DNA of 64,000 bases, from assembly GCF_001194135.2 (NCBI RefSeq), contig NC_068997.1, positions 30,545,547-30,609,546 of the forward strand, written 5' to 3'. Made by a program: the position numbers and the translations under genes. Below are positions 1 through 12,609 of the stretch, one piece after another. The notes below the pieces were generated by a model. It was not told the origin of the DNA and ran no database searches. It saw nothing but the letters and a program-made list of their open reading frames with translations. Origin of the DNA: Octopus bimaculoides. Its lineage: Eukaryota. The stretch's first letter is position 1. Each line of letters starts with the position of its first letter.

Positions 1-69
1 TGTATGACCACTTCCCTACAAGTCCATAAACTATATCTGATTAAAAGTAAAACCTTCATGATGAATTCA

Positions 70-290
70 TTTATTCTTTTACTTGTTTCAGTCATTTGAC
101 TGCAGCTATGCTGGAGCACCACCTTAAAGGGTTTTTAGTTAAAGAAATCAATCCCAGGACTTATTCTTTGTAAGTTTAGTACTTATTCTATCATTCTCTT
201 TACCAAACCACTAAGTTATGGGGACATAAACACACCAGCATCAGTTGTCAAGCGATGGCAGGGGGACAAACACAGATACATAAATATATA
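70..290 (-). mobile_element. tRNA-derived SINE, 3' half (Octopus-type)
   Basis: Recognisable SINE body (gtcatttgactgc..atgctggagcacc..acttattctttgtaag..cacaccagcatcagttgtcaagcgatg..ggacaaacacag) running into an internal (TA)n. Family name not verified. Confidence 0.75.
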
Positions 291-296
291 CATACT

Positions 297-372
<76 letters not shown>
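291..372. repeat. (TA)n microsatellite
   Basis: Direct reading of the sequence. Confidence 0.98.
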
Positions 373-382
373 CATTTCGTTT

Positions 383-3300
383 TTGGATTTGGTTTGCAAG
401 ATTTTTTATGTGATTTCGTGTGTTGAAGCATATTCTGTTGTGTCTGGGGAGAGTAATTTTGTTTTCGTTCCTACACTATACGGGTTACGCAAAGACCACA
501 AACCCTACATAAACCCTGTCATGCGACCTCCAACCAGACCAGTTTGTGGAGCAAACATCTCCAGCAACTATAGACTGTCCTACTTCCTCTCACAAGTATT
601 ACGACCTCTCATAGAGATGTCTCCAGATGTCTGTGTAAGCACGGAAGATCTCCTCAGTAGAATCAGTACCTGCAACCACTCCAACGACCTCACAGGTTGT
701 GTAGTGGGTAGTATGGATGTGATTTCACTTTACCCATCTATAGACATAGATTTTGCTGTGGAGATATGTATTCAGGTGATCTGTGAGAATGAAGTGGAGT
801 TCCACAAGGTCAACACGAGGGAACTGGGCCTCCTCCTCAGACTAAACTACGGCAGTAACTATTTAGATGATCATGACTTCAGTAGATTCTGTCCCACCAG
901 GCCACAGAGGGGAAGACCACCCACTATCACTTCAGCATTGAAGAAAAGCACCACTGAACGCTGGAGTGGCTGGACTGCACCCACCTAAAACCCTGAGAAC
1001 AACAATCAGGTAAAGGAAATGATTGCTCATGCAATAGGGGCCAGTATAAAAACCACCTTGAAGAACCACATAGTAAAGTTCAACAAAAAACTATACATGC
1101 AGGTTCAAGGTGCAGCCATCGGCGTTGGTGTAGCTGGAGATGTGGCCGGTCTCTTCATGACCTAGTGGGACAGAAAACTCAAACATAGGTTAGCAGAACA
1201 GTCCACAACTCCTCTACTTTACAGCAGATATGTAGATGACATTAATATCGTTAGTTAGGACCAACTCTAGTGACGGTCATATAGAAACAGAAAGGAACGT
1301 AATGGAGAGTATCCAGCAAATAGCTAACTCCATCCACCAAAGTATCAAGGTAACTATAGATTACCCGACAAAATACCCCAACAATAGGCTCCCGGTACTT
1401 GATACTGAATTTTGGTTAGAGACTGTGAACAACAGAGTGCAGCTCCTCCACTCATACAATATGAAACCCATAGCTTCAAAACATGTCGTTCACAAGAACT
1501 CAGCTTTGTCACACAGCATGGAGATTAACATACTGATAGCAGACTTAGTTAGGATAATGAACAACATCTCCCCACTATGCGAACCCTATGAAACGAAAAA
1601 ACATATACAGAACTTCATGCACCGCATGCAGTTCTCTGGATATGATCAGAAAGATAGGGTTCGAGTATACAGGGGGGCTAGAAAGAGGTTAGATAAGATT
1701 ATAAGTAATGATACCAGTGGTACCTGCCCTAGATATAGAAACAAAGAATGGAATAGGATGCAAAGAATTTGTGACAAAGCCAACAAGGCGAACACGTGGT
1801 ATAAAACCGACAGATATCAAGGAGTGATGTTNNNNNNNNNNNNNNNNNNNNNNNNNNNNNNNNNNNNNNNNNNNNNNNNNNNNNNNNNNNNNNNNNNNNN
1901 NNNNNNNNNNNNNNNNNNNNNNNNNNNNNNNNNNNNNNNNNNNNNNNNNNNNNNNNNNNNNNNNNNNNNNNNNNNNNNNNNNNNNNNNNNNNNNNNNNNN
2001 NNNNNNNNNNNNNNNNNNNNNNNNNNNNNNNNNNNNNNNNNNNNNNNNNNNNNNNNNNNNNNNNNNNNNNNNNNNNNNNNNNNNNNNNNNNNNNNNNNNN
2101 NNNNNNNNNNNNNNNNNNNNNNNNNNNNNNNNNNNNNNNNNNNNNNNNNNNNNNNNNNNNNNNNNNNNNNNNNNNNNNNNNNNNNNNNNNNNNNNNNNNN
2201 NNNNNNNNNNNNNNNNNNNNNNNNNNNNNNNNNNNNNNNNNNNNNNNNNNNNNNNNNNNNNNNNNNNNNNNNNNNNNNNNNNNNNNNNNNNNNNNNNNNN
2301 NNNNNNNNNNNNNNNNNNNNNNNNNNNNNNNNNNNNNNNNNNNNNNNNNNNNNNNNNNNNNNNNNNNNNNNNNNNNNNNNNNNNNNNNNNNNNNNNNNNA
2401 ATACGGGAGTACGTCCTTATAAGTGAAACTTCCCCAATACTAAATAGGAAATATACGTAGATATCATACCCCCATACCCGCATTTTACACAGGTAAAGTA
2501 GAACAGTTGATGGGCTTTTATGCAGATAGATGTATGTATGCCTGTGGGTGTATGTGTGTGTGTGTGCATGCACATGTATGCATGGGTAGGTACATAGGGT
2601 ATATGAACAGACAACCACATAGGCAAATAAAGACTGAAACACATGACCACACATACATACACATTTGTCCACACATATGAAGACGTGCACCCATGCATGC
2701 AAACATGGTACATAACAGCAGAGCACACACACGCACACACACTCAGGCATGCACAAACAAGGAGACAGAGGTACATACATACATATACACACACATACAT
2801 AAAAAAATAAAAGAAACAAAAAAAACACACAAATGCAGAATACATACATACATACCTGCAAACACACACATACATGCATATATACATACACACACATACA
2901 TACATATATATACATATGCACACATGCACGCATACATACACACACACTGAGACACNNNNNNNNNNNNNNNNNNNNNNNNNNNNNNNNNNNNNNNNNNNNN
3001 NNNNNNNNNNNNNNNNNNNNNNNNNNNNNNNNNNNNNNNNNNNNNNNNNNNNNNNNNNNNNNNNNNNNNNNNNNNNNNNNNNNNNNNNNNNNNNNNNNNN
3101 NNNNNNNNNNNNNNNNNNNNNNNNNNNNNNNNNNNNNNNNNNNNNNNNNNNNNNNNNNNNNNNNNNNNNNNNNNNNNNNNNNNNNNNNNNNNNNNNNNNN
3201 NNNNNNNNNNNNNNNNNNNNNNNNNNNNNNNNNNNNNNNNNNNNNNNNNNNNNNNNNNNNNNNNNNNNNNNNNNNNNNNNNNNNNNNNNNNNNNNNNNNN

Positions 3301-3850
3301 NNNNNNNNNNNNNNNNNNNNNNNNNNNNNNNNNNNNNNNNNNNNNNNNNNNNNNNNNNNNNNNNNNNNNNNNNNNNNNNNNNNNNNNNNNNNNNNNNNNN
3401 NNNNNNNNNNNNNNNNNNNNNNNNNNNNNNNNNNNNNNNNNNNNNNNNNNNNNNNNNNNNNNNNNNNNNNNNNNNNNNNNNNNNNNNNNNNNNNNNNNNN
3501 NNNNNNNNNNNNNNNNNNNNNNNNNNNNNNNNNNNNNNNNNNNNNNNNNNNNNNNNNNNNNNNNNNNNNNNNNNNNNNNNNNNNNNNNNNNNNNNNNNNN
3601 NNNNNNNNNNNNNNNNNNNNNNNNNNNNNNNNNNNNNNGTGCAGCTGAAGATTGCTCTTCATATTGCATTTAAGGTAATGCTCACATTACTTAAATAAAT
3701 TGAAGTAGCACGAAACGTGCGTACTGCAATCACTTTTGAAATCCGTGTTGCTTATTGTTTGATTTTAATCACCCATCCTTTTGGGATGCGATATTCGGGT
3801 GCCTTCGCATAAGTACCATATTCAAGCCTTGAATCTATATCTAAACCGTC
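383..3850 (+). mobile_element. Penelope-like element, Neptune-like (RT followed by C-terminal GIY-YIG), 5'-truncated and degenerate
   Basis: RT motifs YGLRKDHK, GSMDVISLYPSID, QVQGAAIG, YSRYVDD, LPVLD and MQFSGY at about 440-1831, with in-frame TAA (986-988), TAG (1163-1165) and a frameshift. After the gap, REYVLISETSPILNRKYT* (2403-2459) resembles a PLE endonuclease C-terminus. A hammerhead-bearing terminal segment lies at 3639-3850. Clade assignment is inference, and continuity across two N gaps is assumed. Confidence 0.75.
3640..3728 (+). ncRNA. Type I hammerhead ribozyme motif with long stem II
   Basis: Stem I TGCAG(3640-44)/CTGCA(3724-28); core CTGAAGA 3645-51; long stem II 3652-3711; GAAA 3712-15; short stem III ACG/CGT; GUA cleavage triplet ending at 3723. 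The 10.1-11.1 pair is U-C instead of G-C. Confidence 0.8.
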
Positions 3851-3891
3851 TACATATATATATATATATAAATACATATATATATATATTC

Positions 3892-4040
3892 GACAGGCTT
3901 CTTTCAGGTTCTGTTTAGCAAATCTACTCACAATGCTTTGGTCAGCCTGCGGTAAAAGTAGAAAAGGTGCCCAAAGTGCACGCAGAGAGACTAAACCAAG
4001 AACCATGTGGTTGGGAAGCAAGCTTCTTACCCTGTGCCTA
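3892..4040 (-). mobile_element. tRNA-derived SINE, 5' head (same family as 70-290)
   Basis: Reverse complement reads ataggcacagggtaagaagcttgcttcccaaccacatggttcttggtttagtc..ctttgggcacc..ccaaagcattgtgagtagatttgc, then (TA)n. Confidence 0.7.
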
Positions 4041-4349
4041 TGAAAAATGACATATGAAAACTATAAATGATTAAGTTAAAAATATATACCTGTTTAAAGT
4101 ATGAAGTATATAACTGATCAAGGTGTAAATTATACCTGATTAAGGTACAAAACATATTTAATTAAAGTAAAAAAAACCTCTGGAGAGTCATTCTCTTTTA
4201 GTGCCTTATTAATTTAACACACTTCTGGTCTGATATCCACTCATCTACTTATTTATGTTTTACTAAAATTTTCGTTGCGACTTGTAACCTTTTCAATAGT
4301 TGTTGATTCTGTCTGTTATCATAATTGCAGTTTTGCTTTTGTTTTTTTT

Positions 4350-4715
4350 TACATATGTACGTGCGTCAGTGTATGTGTGCACATACACATGTATTTGTGT
4401 ATGGGATAATGTATGTGTGTATGCATATATATATATATATATGTATGCACATTTATATGTATGTACTCTGCATGTATGCATGTGTATGCATGTATGTGTG
4501 TATGCATATATATATATATATATATAAATATATATATATACATATGTGCACATTTGTATCATCATCATCATCATCATCATCATCGTTTAACGCCTACTTT
4601 CCATGCTGGCATGGGTTAGATGTTTTGACTGAGGACTAGCAAGCCAGAAGGCTATACCAGGCTTTACTCTGCATATCTCTGTGCTTGTGTGTTCAAGTCT
4701 GTGTGTTTGTGCGTT

Positions 4716-4757
<42 letters not shown>

Positions 4758-4990
4758 TCTGTCTCCTTGTGTGTGCATGTTTGAGTGTGTCTTTATGGGT
4801 TTGTATGACTATATATGTGCATCTGTTACAGATGGATTTGTGTCTCCATAAGTGTCCTTGTGTGAAGTGTGCATGTGTATATTTAGACGTATGCTCCTGT
4901 CTTCATTTGTATGTATGTATGTATGTGTGTGTGGGGGTGTTGCCTGTCTATCCATATTACTTATGTATCTATCTGTATATCTATAAAAAA
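4350..4990. repeat. Mixed (TA)/(TG)/(CAT) microsatellites with an RTE-type 3' tail (about 4559-4660, minus strand)
   Basis: (CAT)n followed by cgtttaacgcctactttccatgctggcatggg is the same terminal sequence that ends the RTE copies elsewhere in the window. Confidence 0.8.
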
Positions 4991-5279
4991 ATGCATATTT
5001 GATAAATTATATCTTATTAGATTCTAAAATATATCTCATTCAAGTATAAAGTATAACCTAATTTAGGTCTAAAATATTAGGGTAGGAAATATATTTGACT
5101 CATGTATAGTGAAACTGTTTAACACTTTCATTTTATTGTAATATTAGACATATTATTAATGTGGCTGCTTTAACCTTAAATACTGGAGAATTTGCTCACC
5201 AGAACTTTTTTTAGCATCAAGTCACATGGCCTAGTTGTTGGCCAAATTAGTTACAGGTATTGGTCAGCTTTAACTGTCC

Positions 5280-5932
5280 AATCAGGTGTTTGCAAAAGAG
5301 TTTGTTCCCAATACGGGAAAAACCATTTTTGCTTGTGGGGCCTACCCATGGTTATATAAACACCAGTTTCTCCCCCTATTTGTCACTTTGGACCAGCCAT
5401 CACTCAACAGACATGAGCCTGTCTCACAACTTTCTTCAACCAGTCATCACAACAGACAGCAGACCACAGCCACATCATAGGACCAGCATTCAACAGAATT
5501 TCTCAATTCATTGGATCCTCCAGGACTACCTCCCCAAAGAATGGAACTTAAATTAGGAACTCCAGTAATGTTTTTGAGGAATTTGAATCCACCATCACTC
5601 TGCAGTGGGACACACCTGGTGGTAAAGAAGATGATGCCACATGTTATTGAGGCCACCTTTCTCTCTGGATGTGGACATGGAGAGGATGTTTGCATTCCCA
5701 GGATTCCTCTCATTCCTTCAGGAGGAGAATTTCCTTTTTCATTCAGAAGAGTGCAATTTCCTATTTGTATCAACAAATCCTAGAGTCAAACACTTCACTT
5801 GGAAAAGTGGTGCCTCTCACACGGGCAATTATATGTTGGCTGCTCTAGAGTGGGAAGCAAAAAATTTCTATTGGTTCTATATGGGAAAACAAAGGTTTTG
5901 TAGGAATTACTACATCCTATGATGCACTCTAG
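5280..5932 (+). mobile_element. Helitron PIF1-like helicase C-terminal fragment, degenerate
   Basis: STEFLNSLDPPGLPP..LKLGTPVMFLRNLNPPSLCSGT..IPRIPLIPS..FRRVQFP..INKS..SHGQLYVGCSRVG, with stops and frameshifts. Confidence 0.9.
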
Positions 5933-5939
5933 TATCCAA

Positions 5940-6460
5940 TGCTCTTTGTGAATAGTGAAGATGGGTACCATTTCGACATAACACCAACTAACCCAAAGAC
6001 TGCACCAACAATGCTGTTTCCTGCAGGGACTTCAGTATCAAAGCATATTCTCCAGTTGATCCCATCAACCACGTGGTAAACCATTACACCTTATCCTTTC
6101 AAGTAATTCATTACTACATATTCTTATGTGACTGCATAGGCTCAGTTTATGTTTCTTATTCTACAGCTACACCGGCAATCCAATGTCAACCCTTTGCAAC
6201 ATTTCAACAGTCTACTTCCCATTGCTGTCTCACATTTCAGCTCCTTTCCAGAATGTACCTATTTACGTACAATATCTCCATTACACCTACATTCATTGAA
6301 CTGTCAACCATACGATGGGTTGTGTTAAACACAGCACCGACTGCTGCGAAGGAGAGTATATTCACTGACAGCTTTCCCCGTCGTTCAAAAATCGCCATAC
6401 ATCCCACTCCCAATTTTCCATGACAGGTTAGGTCCTGGAATCCACCAAACAGACACATGA
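5940..6460 (-). pseudogene. Possible highly decayed non-LTR reverse transcriptase fragment
   Basis: Weak motif-like pieces across frames (LSFAA..FNT, NVAKG, NELLERI..G). Many stops; family not resolved. Confidence 0.25.
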
Positions 6461-6873
6461 TATGTTGCTTAATAAAATTAGCTGATTATTTACTCCACAA
6501 ATGTTTTGTCCTCAATATTGTATTTCTTTTACCACATGTAAGAAGGAGGTAGGACATTTGATTGTAGTATCTTATAATCATATTTTGTTTATAGAAATCA
6601 CACAAATTGTAGCTTAACATTTGTTACTAAGCTGTTCTAAATTCATGGAAATATTGATTATAATTTAAAGCCTTCTTATTAAACTTTTGAAAACAGTGAC
6701 ACTACTTTGATAGGTAACACGTTGGGGGGGGGTGAAGTATTACCATGATGAGGGATGCAATGATGGTCACAATTTGTTAAGTTCAGAAGGATCATTTATT
6801 TTTTATTTCATGAAAAACAGCTGTTTTGGCTATACAAATTTAATCATGAGTAGAACAGATATATACACACACA

Positions 6874-6920
<47 letters not shown>

Positions 6921-6974
6921 ATATTGTATATTGTATATATATTATGACATTTATTTCAATTAGCTTGAATGGAG

Positions 6975-7780
6975 TTGTTTACATTTGTGCAAGAAGTAAG
7001 GTGAAGAGGAAGTTCTGCTAGGTTCCTCACAAGCAAAGAACATAGGTATAAGATTTTCTGGGCAGGTAACACTGATGGGGTCGTGGGTGTGGGTATACTT
7101 CTTGCAGAGAAATGGGTTGATAAGAGAATTGAGGTAGTCAGTCTGTGATAGAATACTTAAGATTAGATTAGTGCTGCAACATAGGTTGGCAACTATTATC
7201 TCGGCCTATGCCCCTCAGTAGAGGGAACCTGCAGAAGAGGGAGACACACAAAGACTTGGGATGGGGTGGTGAGGCACAACCTCTGAAAGTTGGGCCTCAC
7301 AGATGCAATGACAAGTAACCGAGACCTTTAGAGAGGTGATGTGTTTGAGAAGACCCGGCAAGCCAAGTAAGACTGTTACCGTGGCATATGCCAGTGCATC
7401 ATAACTGGCCCATTTAAGAGTACCCTTCAATGATTGGGCAATAAACTGTGCTTGCGAAGACCTGTTGAGGCAAGTGAAGTCATTATCATGGCCAATGACA
7501 GTACTGCCTTATTGGCATCCGTGCCATTGGCACGTAAAATCACCATTCAAGCATGGTCGATGCCAGTGCTGGCTGACTGATCCTGTGCCGGTGGTACGTA
7601 AAAAGCACCCACTACACTCTCGGAGTGGTTCGTGTTAGGAAGGGCATCCAGCTGTAGAAACTTTGCCAGATCGGATTGGAGCCTAGTGCAGCCTTCTTGC
7701 TTGCCAGCCCTCAGTCAAACTGCCCAACCCATGCCAGCATGGAAAGTGGATGTTAAACGACGACGATAAGGATGATAGTT
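6975..7780 (+). mobile_element. RTE LINE, internally deleted copy (endonuclease piece joined to ORF end and full 3' UTR)
   Basis: 6975-7215 matches the endonuclease region at about 12680-12930. 7250-7350 matches the ORF end (gtggtgaggcac..gagaagacccggcaagccaagt). The 3' UTR ends in cccatgccagcatggaaag..gttaaacgacgacgat. Confidence 0.85.
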
Positions 7781-7809
7781 ATCATACATTTTATTACATT
7801 AATTAAGAA

Positions 7810-8898
7810 AATAATTATTTAATTAATAATTGAATTCAATTGAGAAAATATGAAGTACACCATAACAGTAATAATGATCTTATATAATTTTAATTTATAA
7901 AAACTTGTAAGATACTCCTCCAGTTGTTTATGGCTGTCCAAGATCATCCTGCCCAGTGTGCAGTATGACATTGACTTCTTTCTGGGATTCAGCATCTTGA
8001 TCAGGTCGACCAAGTTGGAGGAGTCCCCTACATGCAGTGGTAGCATGTCGTTGACAAACAGGTCTACAATCCTTCTATCCACCATAGACTGATGGACGCC
8101 AGTGCCAGCAGTTTGGGCAAATGCCTGGCTAATGCTAGGCTGGCATGCTTTCTTTGCACATGGCAGCAGCGACTAGCCACTGGCTCTACTACCAGAAGAT
8201 TGCCTGTGTTTCCCACGGGAAGAGCTGGCCTTGATCCTTTCCTCAAACTGGATGGCATACGCTCGGTGTTTCCTCTTGGCATACAACTTCAAGTTGTAGA
8301 GGCTCGTCACTTGTCCCTTGATGGTGATCTCCTTGGGCTGGCACATGACAGCATTTTAGCTTTCATCTTATCCCTTCACGTCAGGGCAAAGTAGTCCTCC
8401 AGGTGGGGATATGAGTTCTGAGACTCCAGACTCTCAATCTGAGCAACCTCTGCCTCACCACAGCCATTCAGGCTCCTCAACAAACCTTTCATTCACAGGC
8501 TAAACAAAAACGTCTTCACCTTCCATGAGAATAAGCGGTAACTTGGTAAGCCAAGAATGTACATTGTGGTTGCTGACACTGTAACACTTTCTATCATGTG
8601 ACAATGTCATAGGTGAACACAACTCAAAACTGCAGGATTACACAATGCTGCTCAGCTAGCTGCTGCTGCATTGACCAGTCACCTCTTGTCATGTGTACAT
8701 GTAGTCAGATAATAGCATGCCTAACAGGCTCTTCGAGACACGTCCACAACAGACAGGAACAAACGTATGGATTCTGCTAGTGGAAGCTGATTGGTCCACT
8801 AATGGTTTCCTAAGTTAGTGAAAATGCTAATCTGCTAAAGGAAAAGTTAGCTTCCCTAATTAGCTGTTACCAGATTAGCAGAAGTGTGTCCATCACTA
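7810..8898 (-). mobile_element. hAT DNA transposon 5' portion (BED-finger transposase fragment)
   Basis: Terminal TAGTGATGGACACACTTC at 8898. BED-like N-terminus and MVDRRIVDLFVNDMLPLHVGDSSNLVDLIKMLNP typical of hAT transposases. 3' part missing. Confidence 0.7.
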
Positions 8899-8904
8899 AT
8901 AAGA

Positions 8905-11900
8905 GTGCCCCCACAAAAATAATTAGTAATAATATGTGTGTAACTAATTTGGTAGGCCACTTCTGGTAACACGAGTTGAAAGGGGTGTAGCTGGAGGTAT
9001 AGAGACTGTATATGATGCGTTTGTGGGTGGAGTAAACTGCTTTTGTACAGTAGATGACTGAGTAGTCTGTTGTTGTTCAGTAGATGATTCAATAAACGCT
9101 TGTTTAATGTGGTCACTACTCACAGTTTGTTGTTTGCCATCAACACCTACTACCATAAATGTAGGTTTTACTTTAAGAACTCGGTATGGACCACTATAAG
9201 AAACTTGAAGAGGTTGTTTAACAAGATCATGGTGAATAAAAAGAGTAGTCCATGAATGGATATCAGGAGGCACAAAAGACTTGTTAAGTAACAAGAGGAG
9301 GTAATTCTTTCATGTAATTCCATAAACGATGTATGTAATCAGCCAGATCAGAAATTTGTTAGGGAGTTGCAGGTACGATCATCTGGACAGGTAAACAAAG
9401 TGGGGAACTGTAGAGCAGTTCCCTCGGAGAAAATCCTAGGTCATCGTTAACAACCGAATGAAGACCTAAGATAACAACCAGTAATTTTTCCAACCATCTG
9501 TCTGAATGAGGGTGAACATGTAAAGCAGTTTTTAACTGACAATGAAATCTCTCTATCATTCCATTAACCATGGGATGATAAGCAGTGGTACAGATGCATT
9601 GTGATACTTGTAATTTTGAGAAATCAGTAAAAATAACTGATTCGAAATGTCAACCATGATCTGTACTGATAGTCAGATGGACTCCAGGCTGCGTAAACCA
9701 GCCAGCTATGAGAGCCTTCGCAATTGTAAGAGCTGAGATATCCTTGATAGGAAAGGCTTCAGGTAATCTTGAAAACAATTGATGCTGGTCAACAAATATA
9801 GATAATCTTGTGCTGGTGGCAAAGGACCAACGATATCAATCTGAATGTACTTAAAGCGTGCGTCCGGGGTGGCAAAAGTAACTAAGGGTGCTTGAATGTG
9901 GTGTTGCACTTTGATCTTCTGGTACAAAACACAGGTTCATGCCCAATGTTGAATATCCTTTCGCATACTGGGCCAAACAAAATGACTAGAAATCAAACTC
10001 GTCATTACTGAAATACCAGGGTGAGACAAATTATGGAGCACCAAAAATACTGTTCCTCTGTGCTCTTTAGGAATATGAGGTCGAGATACATCGGTAGACA
10101 TGTCCAACCAGATAGAAGAATCTGAAGATAATAATGGTAACAGCTGGAGGGCCAGAGAGTGAGAATTCAATGATTTGAGAAAAGAAAATTCTTGATCATT
10201 AGTTTGATTCAAAGCTAATTGTTACAAATCAATTGAATTAGTAGTGTGCAAAGCGTTAATATGAACACGAGATAACGCATCAGCTGCAGAACTATCCACA
10301 TTCTTGATATTTTGGATGACTAAGGTATCCTTCGAAAGGAAATCCAAACATTGCAAACCTACTGTAGGAGAATATTTAATTGGATTTTGACTAGAAAGAA
10401 AAAGTTAATGGCTTGTGATTTGTAAAAAATGTGAACTAGCATCTTTCAAGAAAATGTCAAAAAGGTCTAACAGTGTGATAAGCAGACAACAACTCTCTAC
10501 TGAAAATGCTACATCTAGTCTCTGCAGGCTTGAAACGGTTTCCAATTACCGCTGACCAACTGTTAAAGAACTGCACCTACCCTGACATCAAATGGATCAA
10601 CCACCAATGATAAAGGTGCCTCAGGAATGGGGTGGGCTAACAGTGTTATTCTGGATAACTTCTTGATATCATCAAATGTTTGCAAGTGAGAAGAATCTAG
10701 TGATAAAGCTTTTTACGATTTCTTAAAAGTTCAATAAGAGGACAGATAGTCTCTGTACAATGAGGAATGAATGTCCTGTAGAAATTAATGAGACCAAGAT
10801 ACTCGTGTAACTTCGTAATGAAGTAGGGACAGGAAATTACGAATAGCTTCAGTTTTAGCTGGTAGTAGATGTATACCTTTCTTGTCAATTGAATATCTAA
10901 GAAAAGTGAGAGAAAGAACACTGAACACACATTTATCAGCATTAATAATGACACCATATTTCATCAAGCAAGTAAAAAGTTGTATGATAGTCAGTTCTAT
11001 TGTAGAAGAGCATTTATCAAAAAATCGTTGATGTAAGTGAAGAAAAAATTTAAACCATGAGTTACTTCATCCATGAAGCATTGGAAGACATTGGCAGCAT
11101 TTTGTAGGCCAAAAGGCATCTGCACAAATTTAAAAAGGCCAAAAGGAGTAGCTATGGCAGTCTTAGGTACGTCGGATGGTTCAGCTGGAATTTGGTTATA
11201 AGCTCGCACCAAATTATCGATTTTAGAAAAGATGGTGCCGCTGTGTAAATATACTGAAAAATTTTGTAAATGAGGTATCGGATAATGACTCAGAACTAAT
11301 CATGGCGTTCAAACAACAATAATCTCCACAAAGTTCAAAGTCTGACGAATTTTTCTTTGAAACAAGATGCAGTTGGGAACACCAATTACTACGGGAAGGA
11401 TGAATTATCCCTAAGTCAAGCATGTAATGAAACTCATTTTTAGAAACTTTGAGTTTATCTGGGTCAAGACGTTGAGGAGTGGAAACCACAGGAGGACCTT
11501 TAGTAAGAATACGATGCATTACAGAGTGAATTGATGATCTATTTTGAAAAACATTTCAGGTCAACTCTGGAAATTTTGATAGTAGCTCTTGAGAAACATT
11601 TGAAGGAGATGGAATAAAAAATAGAGGACTAACAGTAGCACTTCTTGAAGACAAACCTTGAGTAGAAAGAAGAGTCTGAGCATCTATTAGTTTCTTTTTT
11701 CTCAGATCAACTAAAAAAATAGAAATGGTCGAAAAAGTCAGCACCAAGAATTGGGTATGGAAGATCAGCAATAACAAATTCCCATTGAAATGGTCTGCGA
11801 AGGTTGATGGACAAAATAAACAACTTTTCTGCATAGGTGAGAAGTAATGAATGATTAACTGCCTATAACAAAATGGAGGCTGGTTGGCATAAATCAATAA

Positions 11901-11945
11901 TAAAACTTGCAAGTCAGACACTACATGCAGTACCAATATCAACTA
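8905..11945 (-). mobile_element. Gypsy/Ty3 LTR retrotransposon pol (RT-RNaseH-integrase), degenerate
   Basis: [98 protein letters not shown]. Confidence 0.93.
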
Positions 11946-12609
11946 ATAATTGTTTTTTTTTTTAGTTGGTGTTTCTAAAAAAGTGAAACCGGTTAAGTAA
12001 ATAAATATTTTTAAAAAATAAGTGCATTTTCAAACCTTCTTTCATATATATTTCCACTCGTACGGTATTCCANNNNNNNNNNNNNNNNNNNNNNNNNNNN
12101 NNNNNNNNNNNNNNNNNNNNNNNNNNNNNNNNNNNNNNNNNNNNNNNNNNNNNNNNNNNNNNNNNNNNNNNNNNNNNNNNNNNNNNNNNNNNNNNNNNNN
12201 NNNNNNNNNNNNNNNNNNNNNNNNNNNNNNNNNNNNNNNNNNNNNNNNNNNNNNNNNNNNNNNNNNNNNNNNNNNNNNNNNNNNNNNNNNNNNNNNNNNN
12301 NNNNNNNNNNNNNNNNNNNNNNNNNNNNNNNNNNNNNNNNNNNNNNNNNNNNNNNNNNNNNNNNNNNNNNNNNNNNNNNNNNNNNNNNNNNNNNNNNNNN
12401 NNNNNNNNNNNNNNNNNNNNNNNNNNNNNNNNNNNNNNNNNNNNNNNNNNNNNNNNNNNNNNNNNNNNNNNNNNNNNNNNNNNNNNNNNNNNNNNNNNNN
12501 NNNNNNNNNNNNNNNNNNNNNNNNNNNNNNNNNNNNNNNNNNNNNNNNNNNNNNNNNNNNNNNNNNNNNNNNNNNNNNNNNNNNNCATATATACAAATAT
12601 ATATATATG

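Noticed and set aside
986-1165. Selenocysteine or programmed readthrough in the PLE ORF
   Set aside because: The in-frame stops are TAA and TAG, not TGA, and a frameshift follows; ordinary decay explains them.
2400-2426. C2H2 linker-like NTGVRPYK
   Set aside because: Another frame gives a better match to a PLE endonuclease C-terminus, and no finger cysteines or histidines are visible.
2417-5002. ORFs rich in Y/I/H/T/C/V/M repeats (also 31137-31451 and 42283-42511)
   Set aside because: These are translations of (TA)n, (CA)n, (TG)n and (TAA)n microsatellites.
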